A stretch of DNA of 64,000 nucleotides from Alphaproteobacteria bacterium (GCA_965243135.1 OZ251539.1:1504001-1568000), one strand, 5' to 3'. Shown: positions 47,849 through 58,587, numbered from the stretch's first letter. Program-made: numbers and translations. Notes: generated by a model not told the origin, from the sequence alone.

Positions 47849-48858
47849 CGCTCGTCCAGCCGAAGCAGCCGGGACAGGTTGCCGCCGAATATCCTGCCGC
47901 GCGTTGCGGCGTCGACCGGGAGGCTCTCGACCGCGCCGATGGTCTCGCGGATGAGGTACGCGCCGCCTTGGGGATCGAAAGGCGCGTCGGTCGCGAACAG
48001 GGAGCGGTCCGGGCCGAAGAAGTCGAGGCCGCACGCCGCGGCGGCCCGCGAACCGTTGGTCGCGGTGTCGGCGTAGAACATCCTGAAATACTCCTTCGGT
48101 TGGCGCTTCAGGCCGGCCCGCTCGGCGAGCGGGTTGCGGTTCATGTCGCCAGCCGCGATCTGTTCGAACCCGATGCCGATCTTCTCGGCGAAGAAGGGAA
48201 TCATGCCGCCGTAGTGATGGGTGACGATCTTGATGCCGGGCAGCCTGTCGAACAGGCCGGAATAAACGAGCCGGGCCATGCAGGCGCTCGTTTCGTAGGG
48301 CCAGCCGAAGGTGAACCAGATTTCGCATTCGGAAGCGTCTTCGGTCGCGTAGTCGGGAAAGTTCGGCCCCCGCATGGGGTGGATCCAGATCGGCAGGTCG
48401 TGCTCCGCCATGGTTTCGAACACGGGCCGGAACTCGGGCGCGGAGAGGGGTCTTCCGAGCACGTTGGTGAACACCTGGACGCCTCGGGCTCCGAGTTCGG
48501 AGATCGCGCGGTCGGCTTCCGCCGCCGCCGCGTCGGGATTGTTCATCGGCAGCGACGCGACGAACGCCGGGAAGCGGTCGGGGTCGCGCCGCGCCCGTTC
48601 GGCGAGTCCGTCGTTGGCGAGGCGGGCGAGGGCGGGCGTCCGTTCCGGGGGTCCCAGCATCTCGATCGGCGGATTCGCGAGCGAGAGGACTTGCCGGTAG
48701 TCGTCGAAGCCGTCGAGCAGCCTGAGATGGGCGTCGGCGTCGTGCAGCGCTTCCAGCTTTCCGAAGAACCTGACGACGCGCGGATCGGGCGCGAGCTCGG
48801 CGAACTTCTCGAAATACGCTTTCGGAATGACGTGGTTGTAGGCGTCGATTCGTTGCAT
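47845..48858 (-). CDS. Amidohydrolase_2 family protein (ACMSD/aromatic acid decarboxylase-like)
   Basis: IDAYNH, IWIHP, FGWPYET, THHYGGMIP, FATDAPF. Confidence 0.85.
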   Translation of the reverse strand: MQRIDAYNHVIPKAYFEKFAELAPDPRVVRFFGKLEALHDADAHLRLLDGFDDYRQVLSLANPPIEMLGPPERTPALARLANDGLAERARRDPDRFPAFVASLPMNNPDAAAAEADRAISELGARGVQVFTNVLGRPLSAPEFRPVFETMAEHDLPIWIHPMRGPNFPDYATEDASECEIWFTFGWPYETSACMARLVYSGLFDRLPGIKIVTHHYGGMIPFFAEKIGIGFEQIAAGDMNRNPLAERAGLKRQPKEYFRMFYADTATNGSRAAAACGLDFFGPDRSLFATDAPFDPQGGAYLIRETIGAVESLPVDAATRGRIFGGNLSRLLRLDER

Positions 48859-48964
48859 GGCGTCTTCCCGAAGGTTTCACGCGAGGTCCCGATGCGCATA
48901 GTATGGAGAAACCTGCGGGACCGGAAGGCGCCGGCACTGCAGACGGGCGAAAGGGGAAGCCGTC

Positions 48965-50002
48965 ATGTTCCTGAAGAACGCATGGTACGCAGCGGCATGG
49001 GAGAGCGAGATCGCGGAGGGGCCGCTGGGCCGGACCATCCTCGGCGAGCCGGTCGTTCTGTTCCGCGCGGCGGGCGGCGTCGCGGCGCTGGAGGACAGGT
49101 GCTGTCATCGCGGGCTGCCGCTGTCGATGGGCCGGGTCGCGGGAGAGCGCATCCAGTGCGGCTATCACGGCCTCGAGTTCGACGCGTCCGGCTCCTGCGT
49201 GAAGGTGCCCGGCCAGGCGCGGATTCCGCCGGGCGCGCGCGTGCGCTCCTATCCCGTCGCGCTGCGTTACGGCTGGATCTGGATCTGGACCGGCGATCCG
49301 GACAGGGCGGACGAGGCGTTTCTGCCCGACTGGTGGTGGTGCGACAGTCCAGAGTGGAAGACGATTCGCGGACGGAACGAGACGCCGATGCCGGTGGCGG
49401 CGAACTACATGCTGATTTCCGACAATCTGTTCGACGTCTCGCATCTCAGCTACGTGCACAGCGCCTCGATCGGCAACGACGCGATCGTCGAGTTCCCGGC
49501 GAAGACGACGCACGGCGACCGGCGGGCGGTCATGACGCGGCTGGTGCGCGACCGCCCGCCCGCCCCCTTCTACCTCGAGGCGGGCGGGTTCAAGGGCAAT
49601 GTCGACCGCTGGCTCATCACGACCTCGGATCTTCCGTGCTACATCGTCAACGATGCCGGATCGGTCGAGGTCGGGACGGGGATCGTTCCCGGCAAGGTCG
49701 ACGAGAGGGACGGCGTGGAGATGAAGGTCATGAACCTGCCGACGCCGGAGACCGAAACCTCGACGCATTATTTCTACGCGCACGCGCGCCATTTCAAGGT
49801 GGACTCGGAGGAGTGGGACGAGGTCTACCGCACGCAGTTCACGCAGGTCTTCGAGGAGGACAGGATCGTGCTGGAGGCGCAGCAGCGGCGGATGAGCGAG
49901 AAGCCGGACGCCCGCGAAATCGACATCAACAACGACGCGCCGAACATACTGGCGAGACGGATGCTCGACGACCTGATCGGCGCCGAACGGGCCGGAGTCT
50001 GA
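48965..50002 (+). CDS. Rieske non-heme iron oxygenase alpha subunit (VanA/TsaM-like)
   Basis: CCHR...CGYHG Rieske motif; DNLFDVSHLSYVH, EED. Confidence 0.9.
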   Translation: MFLKNAWYAAAWESEIAEGPLGRTILGEPVVLFRAAGGVAALEDRCCHRGLPLSMGRVAGERIQCGYHGLEFDASGSCVKVPGQARIPPGARVRSYPVALRYGWIWIWTGDPDRADEAFLPDWWWCDSPEWKTIRGRNETPMPVAANYMLISDNLFDVSHLSYVHSASIGNDAIVEFPAKTTHGDRRAVMTRLVRDRPPAPFYLEAGGFKGNVDRWLITTSDLPCYIVNDAGSVEVGTGIVPGKVDERDGVEMKVMNLPTPETETSTHYFYAHARHFKVDSEEWDEVYRTQFTQVFEEDRIVLEAQQRRMSEKPDAREIDINNDAPNILARRMLDDLIGAERAGV

Positions 50003-50027
50003 GGCGCGGAACGACGGAGAAGGACGG

Positions 50028-51206
50028 ATGGCCGGACCGCTGGAAGGCGTTCGCGTGGTCGAGCTGACCACGATGATAACGGGTTCGCTCTGCGGGCAGA
50101 TGCTGGGCGATCTCGGGGCCGACATCGTCAAGGTCGAGCGGCGCGACGGCGGCGACATGTTCCGCGCCTGGCGCGGAGGCGCCTATTCGGCCCAGTTCAC
50201 GGCCTACAACCGGAACAAGCGGTCGATCACCGCGGATCTGCAGCGGGAGGAGGGGCGGGAGGTCGTCTTCAGGCTGGCCGAACGCGCGGACGCGCTGGTG
50301 GAGAACTTTCGCCCAGGCGTCATGGACCGGCTCGGCCTGTCCCTGGAGGCGTTGCGCGCGCGCAACCCGCGGCTGATCTACTGTTCGATCACGGGCTTCG
50401 GGGAAGACGGCCCTTACGAGAAGCGCCCGGCCTACGATGCGGTGGCGCAGTCGCTGGCCGGCATCACGAGTCTGTTCGTCGATCCGGAAGATCCTCAGAT
50501 CGCCGGTCCGACGATCGCCGACAACATGACCGGCATCTCCGCCTGTTACGGGCTTCTGGGCGCGTTGTTCGAGCGCGAGCGCGGCGGGGAGCCGCGCCGC
50601 ATCGACGTCAACATGATCGACAGCGCGGTCTGGTTCATCCCCGATCCGTTCGCCAACCTCGTTCTCCAGGGGATCCGGCAGGGTCCGCTCGCGCGCGTCA
50701 AGGCATCGCAGTCCTACGGCATGACCTGCGGCGACGGCAAACTGCTGGCCGTCCATCTGTCGTCGCCCGAAAAATTCTGGCTGGGCGTCACGGCCGCTTT
50801 CGGGCTCGAGCATTTGCGCGACGACCCGCGCTTCGACGAGCGCATGCGCCGGATCGACAACTATTCGGAACTTGGCATGGAGTTCAAGAAGGCGGCGCGG
50901 CGCCGGCCGCGCGATTACTGGATGCCGCGCCTGGAAGAGAACGACGTTCCCTACGCGCCGATAAACACCCTGGAGGAAGTGTTCGACGATCCCCAAGTGA
51001 AGCATCTCGGGACTTTCGCCGAGGTCGAGGCGGCGGAGAAGGGCCGGCAGAAGTTCGCGCGCCGGCCGGTGCGGTACGACGGTTCGCGGGCCGATCAGAA
51101 ACTGGAGCTCGCGCCGTTGCTCGGCGAGCACACAGGCGAGATTCTGGCCGAGCTTGGCTACGAACCGGCCGAGATCGCGGCGCTGCGGCAAAAGAAGATC
51201 GTCTGA
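50028..51206 (+). CDS. CaiB/BaiF class III CoA-transferase
   Basis: LGDLGADIVKVE, NRNKRS, ENFRPG, TIAD. Confidence 0.9.
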   Translation: MAGPLEGVRVVELTTMITGSLCGQMLGDLGADIVKVERRDGGDMFRAWRGGAYSAQFTAYNRNKRSITADLQREEGREVVFRLAERADALVENFRPGVMDRLGLSLEALRARNPRLIYCSITGFGEDGPYEKRPAYDAVAQSLAGITSLFVDPEDPQIAGPTIADNMTGISACYGLLGALFERERGGEPRRIDVNMIDSAVWFIPDPFANLVLQGIRQGPLARVKASQSYGMTCGDGKLLAVHLSSPEKFWLGVTAAFGLEHLRDDPRFDERMRRIDNYSELGMEFKKAARRRPRDYWMPRLEENDVPYAPINTLEEVFDDPQVKHLGTFAEVEAAEKGRQKFARRPVRYDGSRADQKLELAPLLGEHTGEILAELGYEPAEIAALRQKKIV

Positions 51207-51218
51207 CGGCGCAGCGCG

Positions 51219-51983
51219 TCAGTCGGGATCGCGGTATTCTATTCCGTTGACGAAGTCGACGACGGCAGGCGTCACCGGCTCCGTCATTTCTTCATGAATG
51301 TGAGCGATCAGCCCGGCTGCGCGGCCGACGGCGGCGACCGAGCGCATGACCTCGACCGGAAACTCCAGTTCGTTCAACACCGCGCCGAGCGCGCCCGTGA
51401 CGTTGAGCGTGAGCGGTTTGCCGCGCGCTCTCGCGATCTCGTCGCCGAGCGTCTTCGCGAGCGCGATGTAGCGTCCGCCGACACTCCCTTCTTTCGCAAT
51501 GGCGAACATGCGGTCGGCGCGAGGGTCGGTCGGATAGTAGTAGGGATGTCCGTATCCGGGAATGAACTTCCGCTGCTCGCGGAATCGCCGGACCACTCCG
51601 GCCGCCCATTCCCGGTCGCCGCCGTCCTGCGCCGCGCCTTCGGCGTAGAGCGCGCCCGCTCCGGCCATGGTGCCGGCGAACTTGTTGCCGACCATCATGG
51701 CGCCCGCGACCATGGGCAACTGGATGTCCTCGCCGAGCGAGTTCTGTACGAGGCGGGCGACGAGCGCGGTCGGCGTGAGGCCATGGTCCATGAGGACGAT
51801 CATGCAGGCGTCGAAGACGCGGATCCTTTCGGGCGGCAGTTCGCGGCCGGTGACGATGAAGTAGAAGGTCTCGGAGAAACTTTTTTTTCCGAGGATGTCG
51901 GTGAGCACGTCCTTGCCGCGCATTCGGAAGCGGGCGGTGTCCGAGGTCGGGGTTCCGATCCGGGTGAAAGGTCTGTCGGTCAT
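51219..51983 (-). CDS. Citryl-CoA lyase / citrate synthase-like protein
   Basis: LMDHG, IPGYGHP, DPRA, LNVTG, GRAAGLIAH. Confidence 0.8.
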   Translation of the reverse strand: MTDRPFTRIGTPTSDTARFRMRGKDVLTDILGKKSFSETFYFIVTGRELPPERIRVFDACMIVLMDHGLTPTALVARLVQNSLGEDIQLPMVAGAMMVGNKFAGTMAGAGALYAEGAAQDGGDREWAAGVVRRFREQRKFIPGYGHPYYYPTDPRADRMFAIAKEGSVGGRYIALAKTLGDEIARARGKPLTLNVTGALGAVLNELEFPVEVMRSVAAVGRAAGLIAHIHEEMTEPVTPAVVDFVNGIEYRDPD

Positions 51984-52106
51984 GCGGGGATCTCCTGCCT
52001 TGGGGCGCTCCGGCCGGAGCGTCGGCGCCCCGGATGATGCGGATTTGCCGAAGACGCGCAAATCTGCAATAAAGCGGGATCATTTTTGTCGAAAGGGAGA
52101 AACGAC

Positions 52107-53087
52107 ATGAAACGCCTGCTTTTGGCGACGGCGGCGGTCGGCGGCCTTGCGTTCGCCTCCGGCGCTTCCGCCACCGAGATCAAGCTGCTGACCAGCTGGA
52201 ACGAGGACAACTGGCCGACCTACGCCGTGCTTGACCAATTCGTGAAAAACGTCGACGCCATCGGCGGCGGCAAGGTCAAGATCAACATCTCAGGGAAGGA
52301 GGTCGTTCCGCCCTTCGAACAGCTTCAGCCGGTTTCCTCCGGCGTGTTCGACATGCTGTTCAGCCACGGCATCTATCATTCGGGCAGCAGGGGTCTGGCG
52401 TTCACCTTCGACGCGGTCGATCCGAAGGCAGCGGAACGGCGGGCCGCCGGACTTATCGATTTCATCGACAAGTACTACCAGAAGCACAACAACCTGAAGG
52501 TCATCGGCATCGTCGCCGCGAGCAATCAGGGCTATCACATCTTCGCCAAGAAGCCGCTGTCGGCGGGCGGCGACCTCGATGGCCGCAAGATCCGCGGGAC
52601 GCTGAGCTATCACGGCGTCATCCGGCTGCTCGGCGCGTCTCCGGTCGTGCTGCCGGGCGGGCAGATATACACGGCGCTGGAGAAAGGCGTGATCGACGGC
52701 GCCGCATGGCCTGCCGCAGGCATGCTTTCGATGAAGCACTACGAAGTCGCGAAGTACAAGTTGCGCCCGACCTTCGGTTCCAGCAATCTCGGTTTCTGGG
52801 TCAATCTCGACTCCTGGAACAAGCTGTCCGAGGGCGACCGCAAGATTCTCGCCGACGCCGCCAAGAAGACCGAGGTCGAGATGCCCGCGATCGGCGACGA
52901 GATTCTCGCCAAGGAATCGGCGGAGCTCGAGAAGCACGGCGTCAAGGTGACGCAGATGTCGGATGCGACGGCCAAGAAGGTCAAGGAGACTTTCGCGGCG
53001 AGCATGTGGGAAATCGCCAAGAAATGTTGCGCCGACGGCGTCGACGAATTGCGCTCGCTCGCCAAGAAAGCCGGCCTGACCAACTGA
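52107..53087 (+). CDS. dctP: TRAP transporter substrate-binding protein
   Basis: Signal peptide, LDGRKIR, IYTALEKGVIDG. Confidence 0.88.
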   Translation: MKRLLLATAAVGGLAFASGASATEIKLLTSWNEDNWPTYAVLDQFVKNVDAIGGGKVKINISGKEVVPPFEQLQPVSSGVFDMLFSHGIYHSGSRGLAFTFDAVDPKAAERRAAGLIDFIDKYYQKHNNLKVIGIVAASNQGYHIFAKKPLSAGGDLDGRKIRGTLSYHGVIRLLGASPVVLPGGQIYTALEKGVIDGAAWPAAGMLSMKHYEVAKYKLRPTFGSSNLGFWVNLDSWNKLSEGDRKILADAAKKTEVEMPAIGDEILAKESAELEKHGVKVTQMSDATAKKVKETFAASMWEIAKKCCADGVDELRSLAKKAGLTN

Positions 53088-53109
53088 GCGGCGCGCAGGG
53101 TCGCGAGGC

Positions 53110-53622
53110 ATGCTGAAACCGCTCGTGTGGGTTCACGACCGTCTGACGGACGTGAGCCTGCAACTCGGCAAGTTGTGCCTCGCGATCATCGCGTTTTCCT
53201 ACTGTTACGAGGTTGCGGCGCGCTACTTTTTCAATGCGCCCACCTGGTGGGCCGACGAAGCGGTCTCCTACTCGCTGTGCATCGGCTGCTTCCTCATGAT
53301 GCCGCACGTCACCCGCAGCAAGGGGCACGTGGCGGTGACCTTTCTCGTCGACTTGCTCTCGCCCGCGCGGGCGAAGCCGGTCTACTGGACGATCTACCTG
53401 CTGTGCTTCGCCGTCTGCGCGCTCGGGTTCTGGATCAACCTCGACGAGAACCTGCGCCAGATCGCCAAGGACATCCACCTGATGAAGGTGAGGCCTATCC
53501 CCAAGTACTGGATTTCGGTGTTCATCACCTACGGGTTCGGCATGTCGGCGCTCCACTTCCTGCGCATGCTCGACTACCGGACGATCGCGGTGGGGCAGCC
53601 TCAGACGGAACACTACGAATAA
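53110..53622 (+). CDS. dctQ: TRAP transporter small permease
   Basis: EVAARYFFNAPT.W, GHVAV. Confidence 0.88.
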   Translation: MLKPLVWVHDRLTDVSLQLGKLCLAIIAFSYCYEVAARYFFNAPTWWADEAVSYSLCIGCFLMMPHVTRSKGHVAVTFLVDLLSPARAKPVYWTIYLLCFAVCALGFWINLDENLRQIAKDIHLMKVRPIPKYWISVFITYGFGMSALHFLRMLDYRTIAVGQPQTEHYE

Positions 53623-54932
53623 TGGAGTGGTGGCTGATCCTGACCGTCGGCCTGACGCTGCTGCTTGCGGTGTTCGTGACCGGCGTGCCCATCTTCGTCG
53701 CGTTCCTGCTGATCAACACCGTCGGCGTGCTGATCATCCTCGGGCAGCCCGGCTTCGGCCTGGTCGCCAATTCGATCTTCGAGACGACGAATATTGCCGC
53801 GCTGTCGGCGATTCCGTTGTTCATCCTCATGGGAGAACTACTCTTCCGCTCGGGATCGATCGACATATTGTTCGATTCGGTCGACAAGCTGGTCGGCAAG
53901 GTGAAGGGGCGGCAATACGTGCTGTGCATCGCTCTTTCCACGATATTCGGCGCCCTGTCCGGCGCCGCCATGGGGGTGGCGGCGATGATGGCGCGGACCC
54001 TGTTTCCGGGAATGCTCGACCGGGGTTACGATCCCAAGCTGTCGACCGGCGCGATCCTCGCCGGCGCCTCGCTGGCGCCGATCATCCCGCCGAGCGTGCT
54101 CGTCATCATCATCGGCACGCTCGCCAACGTATCGATCGCCGGTCTGCTGATCGCCGGCATCCTGCCGGGCCTGTTGCTGTCCGGCCTGTTCCTCGTCTAC
54201 ACGCTCGGGCGGGTGCGCCTGAACCCCGAGCTCGCGCGGGAGGACGCAAAGACGTCCGCCGTCGAGACGAGCGCGGCGGAGAAGGTGAGGGCGGTTCTCC
54301 GGGTTTCGCCTTTCGCGTTGATCATCTTCTGCGTCATGGGCTTTATTCTTCTCGGCGTCGCGACGCCTTCCGAATCAGCGGCGACCGGCGTCCTCGGCGC
54401 GTTGCTCACGGCGGCCTATTACCGCAAGCTGAACTGGAAGATGCTTTCGGAGTCGCTTGCCTCGGCGGCATTCATCACCAGCATGATCCTGGTGATCATG
54501 GCCAGTTCGAAGATGTTCAGCCAGTTGCTGGCTTTCACGGGGTCGACCCGCGAGCTGACCCAGGTCGTGGCGGGACTCGACCTGCCGGGATTCGTGATGC
54601 TGTTCGTCATGATGCTGATCCCGTTCATTCTCTGCATGTTCATCGACCAGATCGCTCTGATGCTGGTGGTGATTCCGATCTATCAGCCGCTGATCAGGAC
54701 TCTCGAGTTCGATCCGATCTGGTTCTGGCTGTTGATGTTGCTGAACGTGACGGTTGGCGGCATCACGCCGCCGTTCGGCTACACGATCTTCGCCTTCAAG
54801 GGGGCGACGAACAAGGTGACTCTGCAACAGGTTTTCAATGCGACCTGGCCGTTCGTCTTGATTTTCCTGGTGGGCATGCTGATCATCGCGGCGTTCCCGC
54901 CGATCGCGACTTTCCTGCCCGAACTTCTCTGA
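53622..54932 (+). CDS. dctM: TRAP transporter large permease
   Basis: IPLFILMGE, IIPPS, ATPSES, ITPPFG; TAATG overlap. Confidence 0.9.
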   Translation: MEWWLILTVGLTLLLAVFVTGVPIFVAFLLINTVGVLIILGQPGFGLVANSIFETTNIAALSAIPLFILMGELLFRSGSIDILFDSVDKLVGKVKGRQYVLCIALSTIFGALSGAAMGVAAMMARTLFPGMLDRGYDPKLSTGAILAGASLAPIIPPSVLVIIIGTLANVSIAGLLIAGILPGLLLSGLFLVYTLGRVRLNPELAREDAKTSAVETSAAEKVRAVLRVSPFALIIFCVMGFILLGVATPSESAATGVLGALLTAAYYRKLNWKMLSESLASAAFITSMILVIMASSKMFSQLLAFTGSTRELTQVVAGLDLPGFVMLFVMMLIPFILCMFIDQIALMLVVIPIYQPLIRTLEFDPIWFWLLMLLNVTVGGITPPFGYTIFAFKGATNKVTLQQVFNATWPFVLIFLVGMLIIAAFPPIATFLPELL

Positions 54933-54997
54933 TCCGCTTTCGGTCGCGCCGCATTCCGCGCTAGAATAGGGACGGTTCAAGACGGGGGAACGGGGCT

Positions 54998-56230
54998 ATG
55001 GAACTCCCCACTGGCAACGAACGTTATTTCCGCATGAGCGTCGAGGAGTTCGACACCGAGAAGCTCTTGCGGAACGCGGCGCGGCAACGCGACCTCCGCG
55101 GGCTGCAGGACGTCCTGATCGTCGATGTCGACGCTCATCATTACGAGACGGAGTCGATGAGCGAGATCGTGGATTTCATCGAGGATCCGGTTCTGCGCCA
55201 GCTCGCTCGGTCGGCGCAGCAGATCGCCCATCGCGGCTCCATGTTCTCCCTCGGCCGCGTGGGGTATCAAGACGTCGGGGGACGCGTGACCCGCTATCCG
55301 TTGCGCAAGCTCGAGAGGACGCCCGACGACGGGGTTCATCGCGACGTTCATCTGACCCGTCGCTGGATGGACGCGATGGGCGTCGATTACGCCTGCGTCT
55401 TCCCGACCCCCATGCTGGGTCTCGCCATGCACCCTCAGGCGGAGGTCGAGGTCGCGCTGGCCCGCGCGTACAACCGCTGGCTGGTCGAAAAGGTCCTGCC
55501 GGCGTCGCCGCGCATGAACTCCATGCTCTACCTGCCGTTCAACGATCCTGCCGCCGCGCTCCGGATCGTGGAGGACTTCGCGGACCGGAAAGGCGTGATC
55601 GGTTTCATGGTGACCTCGGTTCGTCACCGTCCGGTGCATCACAACGACTACATGAAAATCTACGCGGCGATCGAGGAACGCGGCCTGCCGATCGGCTTCC
55701 ATTCGGGCTTCAACTGGGACGATCCGATGTTCAGGACCTGCAACCGGTTCCTCGCCGTCCACGCGCTCGGCTTCACCTGGTACAATGTCGTGCACTGCAC
55801 CAACTGGGTTCTCAACGGCATGAACGAGCGGTTCCCGCGTCTGCCGGTGGTATGGATCGAGTCGGGGATTTCATGGGTTCCGTTCCTGGCGCAGCGGCTC
55901 GACACGTCGTACCGCATGCGCTCGTCGGAATGTCCGTCGCTCAAGAAGCTTCCGAGCGACTATCTGCGGGACATGTACTACACAAGCCAGCCGATGGAGA
56001 TGCCGGACGATCCCGGACTTCTGGAGGCGACGTTCCGGGCGATCAACGCGGAGACGCAGCTTCTCTGGGCTTCCGATTATCCGCATTGGGACATGGACCT
56101 GCCGACGGTTATCTGGGATCTTCCCTTCCTCGACGAGCGGGCGAAACGCAACATCCTCGGGCGGACGGCGCAGAAGTTGTTCCGACTCGGCGCTTGCGAG
56201 CGCCGCCCGGCGGCGGTCGCCGCCGAATAG
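54998..56230 (+). CDS. Amidohydrolase_2 family protein
   Basis: DVDAHH, AYNRW, WIESG, ASDYPHWD. Confidence 0.88.
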   Translation: MELPTGNERYFRMSVEEFDTEKLLRNAARQRDLRGLQDVLIVDVDAHHYETESMSEIVDFIEDPVLRQLARSAQQIAHRGSMFSLGRVGYQDVGGRVTRYPLRKLERTPDDGVHRDVHLTRRWMDAMGVDYACVFPTPMLGLAMHPQAEVEVALARAYNRWLVEKVLPASPRMNSMLYLPFNDPAAALRIVEDFADRKGVIGFMVTSVRHRPVHHNDYMKIYAAIEERGLPIGFHSGFNWDDPMFRTCNRFLAVHALGFTWYNVVHCTNWVLNGMNERFPRLPVVWIESGISWVPFLAQRLDTSYRMRSSECPSLKKLPSDYLRDMYYTSQPMEMPDDPGLLEATFRAINAETQLLWASDYPHWDMDLPTVIWDLPFLDERAKRNILGRTAQKLFRLGACERRPAAVAAE

Positions 56231-56264
56231 AGGTCGCGCCGGCCGGCGACAGGGAAGGCTTCGC

Positions 56265-58400
56265 ATGGAATTCGACATGCTGGGCAACGCCATTCAGGCG
56301 GCCCAGAACATGGCCAGCTTCGAACGGCTCGGCTTTCTTTCCTTCGGGGTTTTGATCGGCCTTATCCTGGGCGTGATACCCGGACTCGGCGGGCTCGTCG
56401 GCCTGTCGCTGCTCTTGCCGTTCACGTTCAACATGGATCCGTACACCGCGCTCGCCTTCATGATGGGCTTGCAGGCGGTCGTCGTGACGTCGGACACCAT
56501 ACCAGCGGTTCTGTTCGGCGTGCCCGGCACCGTCGGATCGGCGGCCACGATCCTCGACGGCTACCCGATGGCGCGGAAGGGGGAGGCGGGGCGCGCTTTC
56601 GGCGCGGCGTTTTCGGCGTCGGTGATCGGCGGCCTGTTCGGGGCTTTTCTTCTCGGCATCAGCGTGCCGGTCCTGCGTCCGATCGTGCTCGAAATCGGTT
56701 CTCCGGAGCTACTTGCGATCTGCGTGTTCGGGCTGTCGCTGGTCGCCGTGCTGTCCGGCGGTTCGCCGCTCAAGGGGCTGGCCGGGGCGTGCATCGGCCT
56801 GATGGTGGCGACTGCGGGGGACGACCCGCAGACGGGCACGTTGAGATGGACGTTCGATTCCCTTTACCTCTGGGACGGGTTGCCCGTCGTGCCGCTGGCT
56901 CTCGGGCTGTTCGCGATTCCCGAACTGGCGGACATGGCGATCACCCGGCAGTCCATCGCCGTGGACGGGAAGACGCAGGACGCCAGGTACGGCCAGCTCT
57001 CGGGAATCAGGGACACGCTCCGCAATTGGTTCCTGGTCATCCGTTGCTCTTCCATCGGCTCTTCGCTCGGCGCCGTCCCGGGAATCGGCGCGTCGGTGAT
57101 CGACTGGATCGCCTATGGCCATGCCGCGCGTTCGGAGAAGGACGCCTCCGCGTCGTTCGGCAAGGGCGACGTGCGCGGCGTGATCGCGTCCGAATCCTCG
57201 AACAACGCGAAGGAGGGCGGCGCCCTCGTGCCGACGGTGGCGTTCGGCGTGCCGGGCTCGGCGTCGATGGCGCTTATCCTGGGGGCGTTCCTGATCCACG
57301 GCCTGGTGCCGGGTCCCGAGATGCTGACCAAAAACCTCGACGTCACCTACACGCTCGTTTGGTCGGTGGCGATCGCCAACATCCTCGGCGCCGGCATCTG
57401 CTTCACCTTCGCGAACCAGCTCGCCAAGGTCGCGCTCGTGCGCATCGGCATTCTCGCGCCGGTAGTTCTCGCGATCACTTACGTGGGCGCCTTTCAGGGA
57501 TCCCGCCAATGGGGCGACATATACGCGCTGCTGATATTCGGTCTGATCGGCTGGGCGATGAAGCGCCTTCGGTGGCCGCGGCCGCCGCTGATTCTGGGCT
57601 TCGTGCTCGGCGGCCTGGTGGAGCGCTACATGTTCATCTCGATTGAGCGGTACGGCGCGGACTGGTTGTGGATCTGGCGGGATTTCGGGGACGGCGACGT
57701 CAGGTTCGCGCCGTACGTGCCGATCATCTTCGCGGCGACGCTGTACGGCGTTCTGGCGCCGATCGTCCGCGGCTACCGGGCGCGGGCGAAGACGGCCGCC
57801 GCCGCCGGGCGGCGGCTGGGTTTCCAGCGCGAGGCGATCAATCCGGATTTCTTTTTCGCGCTCTTTCTGTTCGCGCTGTTCGCGGTCGCGTTCTGGATTT
57901 CCGCGGATTGGGAGTTCGGCGCCCGCCTGATTCCGCACGTCGTCTCGATCGCCGCCATGATCTTTCTCGGGTGGCTGGCGCTGTCGGCGCTGTTCGTCGC
58001 GCCGGGCGAGCGGCAGCAGGCGGAGGAAGGCATGCCCGGGCGGGGCGAGGGCGGCACCGCGCCGGTGCAGAGCGACGTTCATTTCGACATTAGCGCGGAT
58101 TACGGCGACCTGCCGGCGGCGGAGGTCACGCGGCGCATGTTGCGATATTTCGCGTGGCTTCTGTTTTTCTTCGGGGCGGCGGCGGTCGTGGGGCTTTTGC
58201 CGGCGATGTTCCTGTTCCTGGCGGGCTATATGCGGTTCGAGGGGCGCGAGAGTTGGGGAGCGACGCTGGCGGTGTCGGGGTCGGTCTGGGTCGTTTCGTA
58301 TCTCTTGTTCCACAGGCTGCTGATCATTCCGTGGCCGCAGACGGTGGTTGGCGACTGGTTCCCGGTGCTGCGGACGATACCGCTGGTGAATATGTTCTGA
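56265..58400 (+). CDS. tctA: Tripartite tricarboxylate transporter permease, TctA-TctB fusion
   Basis: GVIPGLG, GVPGT, DGYPMA, ESSNNA, FGVPGS; C-terminal extra TctB-like helices. Confidence 0.88.
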   Translation: MEFDMLGNAIQAAQNMASFERLGFLSFGVLIGLILGVIPGLGGLVGLSLLLPFTFNMDPYTALAFMMGLQAVVVTSDTIPAVLFGVPGTVGSAATILDGYPMARKGEAGRAFGAAFSASVIGGLFGAFLLGISVPVLRPIVLEIGSPELLAICVFGLSLVAVLSGGSPLKGLAGACIGLMVATAGDDPQTGTLRWTFDSLYLWDGLPVVPLALGLFAIPELADMAITRQSIAVDGKTQDARYGQLSGIRDTLRNWFLVIRCSSIGSSLGAVPGIGASVIDWIAYGHAARSEKDASASFGKGDVRGVIASESSNNAKEGGALVPTVAFGVPGSASMALILGAFLIHGLVPGPEMLTKNLDVTYTLVWSVAIANILGAGICFTFANQLAKVALVRIGILAPVVLAITYVGAFQGSRQWGDIYALLIFGLIGWAMKRLRWPRPPLILGFVLGGLVERYMFISIERYGADWLWIWRDFGDGDVRFAPYVPIIFAATLYGVLAPIVRGYRARAKTAAAAGRRLGFQREAINPDFFFALFLFALFAVAFWISADWEFGARLIPHVVSIAAMIFLGWLALSALFVAPGERQQAEEGMPGRGEGGTAPVQSDVHFDISADYGDLPAAEVTRRMLRYFAWLLFFFGAAAVVGLLPAMFLFLAGYMRFEGRESWGATLAVSGSVWVVSYLLFHRLLIIPWPQTVVGDWFPVLRTIPLVNMF

Positions 58401-58417
58401 CGGGGCAGGGGCCGCCC

Positions 58418-58587
58418 AGTTCAAGGTCGTGGATGAAAAGCCGGAAGGGCGGGCGTTAGCGCAGATTCGCGAGCGCGGCTACGCGGACAAGTACCGGCGT
58501 CCGGGCGTGCCGGTCCACCTGATCGGGGTGGAGTTCGGCCGGGAAGAGCGCAATATCGTGGATTTCAGGTTCGAGACCGTCTGAAGC
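58418..58587 (+). pseudogene. Orphan 3' fragment of an AAA/PD-(D/E)XK gene
   Basis: Encodes FKVVDEKPEGRALAQIRERGYADKYRRPGVPVHLIGVEFGREERNIVDFRFETV*; colinear with 39975-40144; no start codon or upstream part. Confidence 0.85.

Noticed and set aside
51881-51888. A8 homopolymer as a phase-variation site
   Set aside because: Short, in frame (GKKS), and no evidence of slippage.
58418-58587. Template/variable repeat pair of a diversity-generating retroelement (with 39975-40144)
   Set aside because: Mismatches involve all four bases rather than adenines only, and no reverse transcriptase is present in the window.
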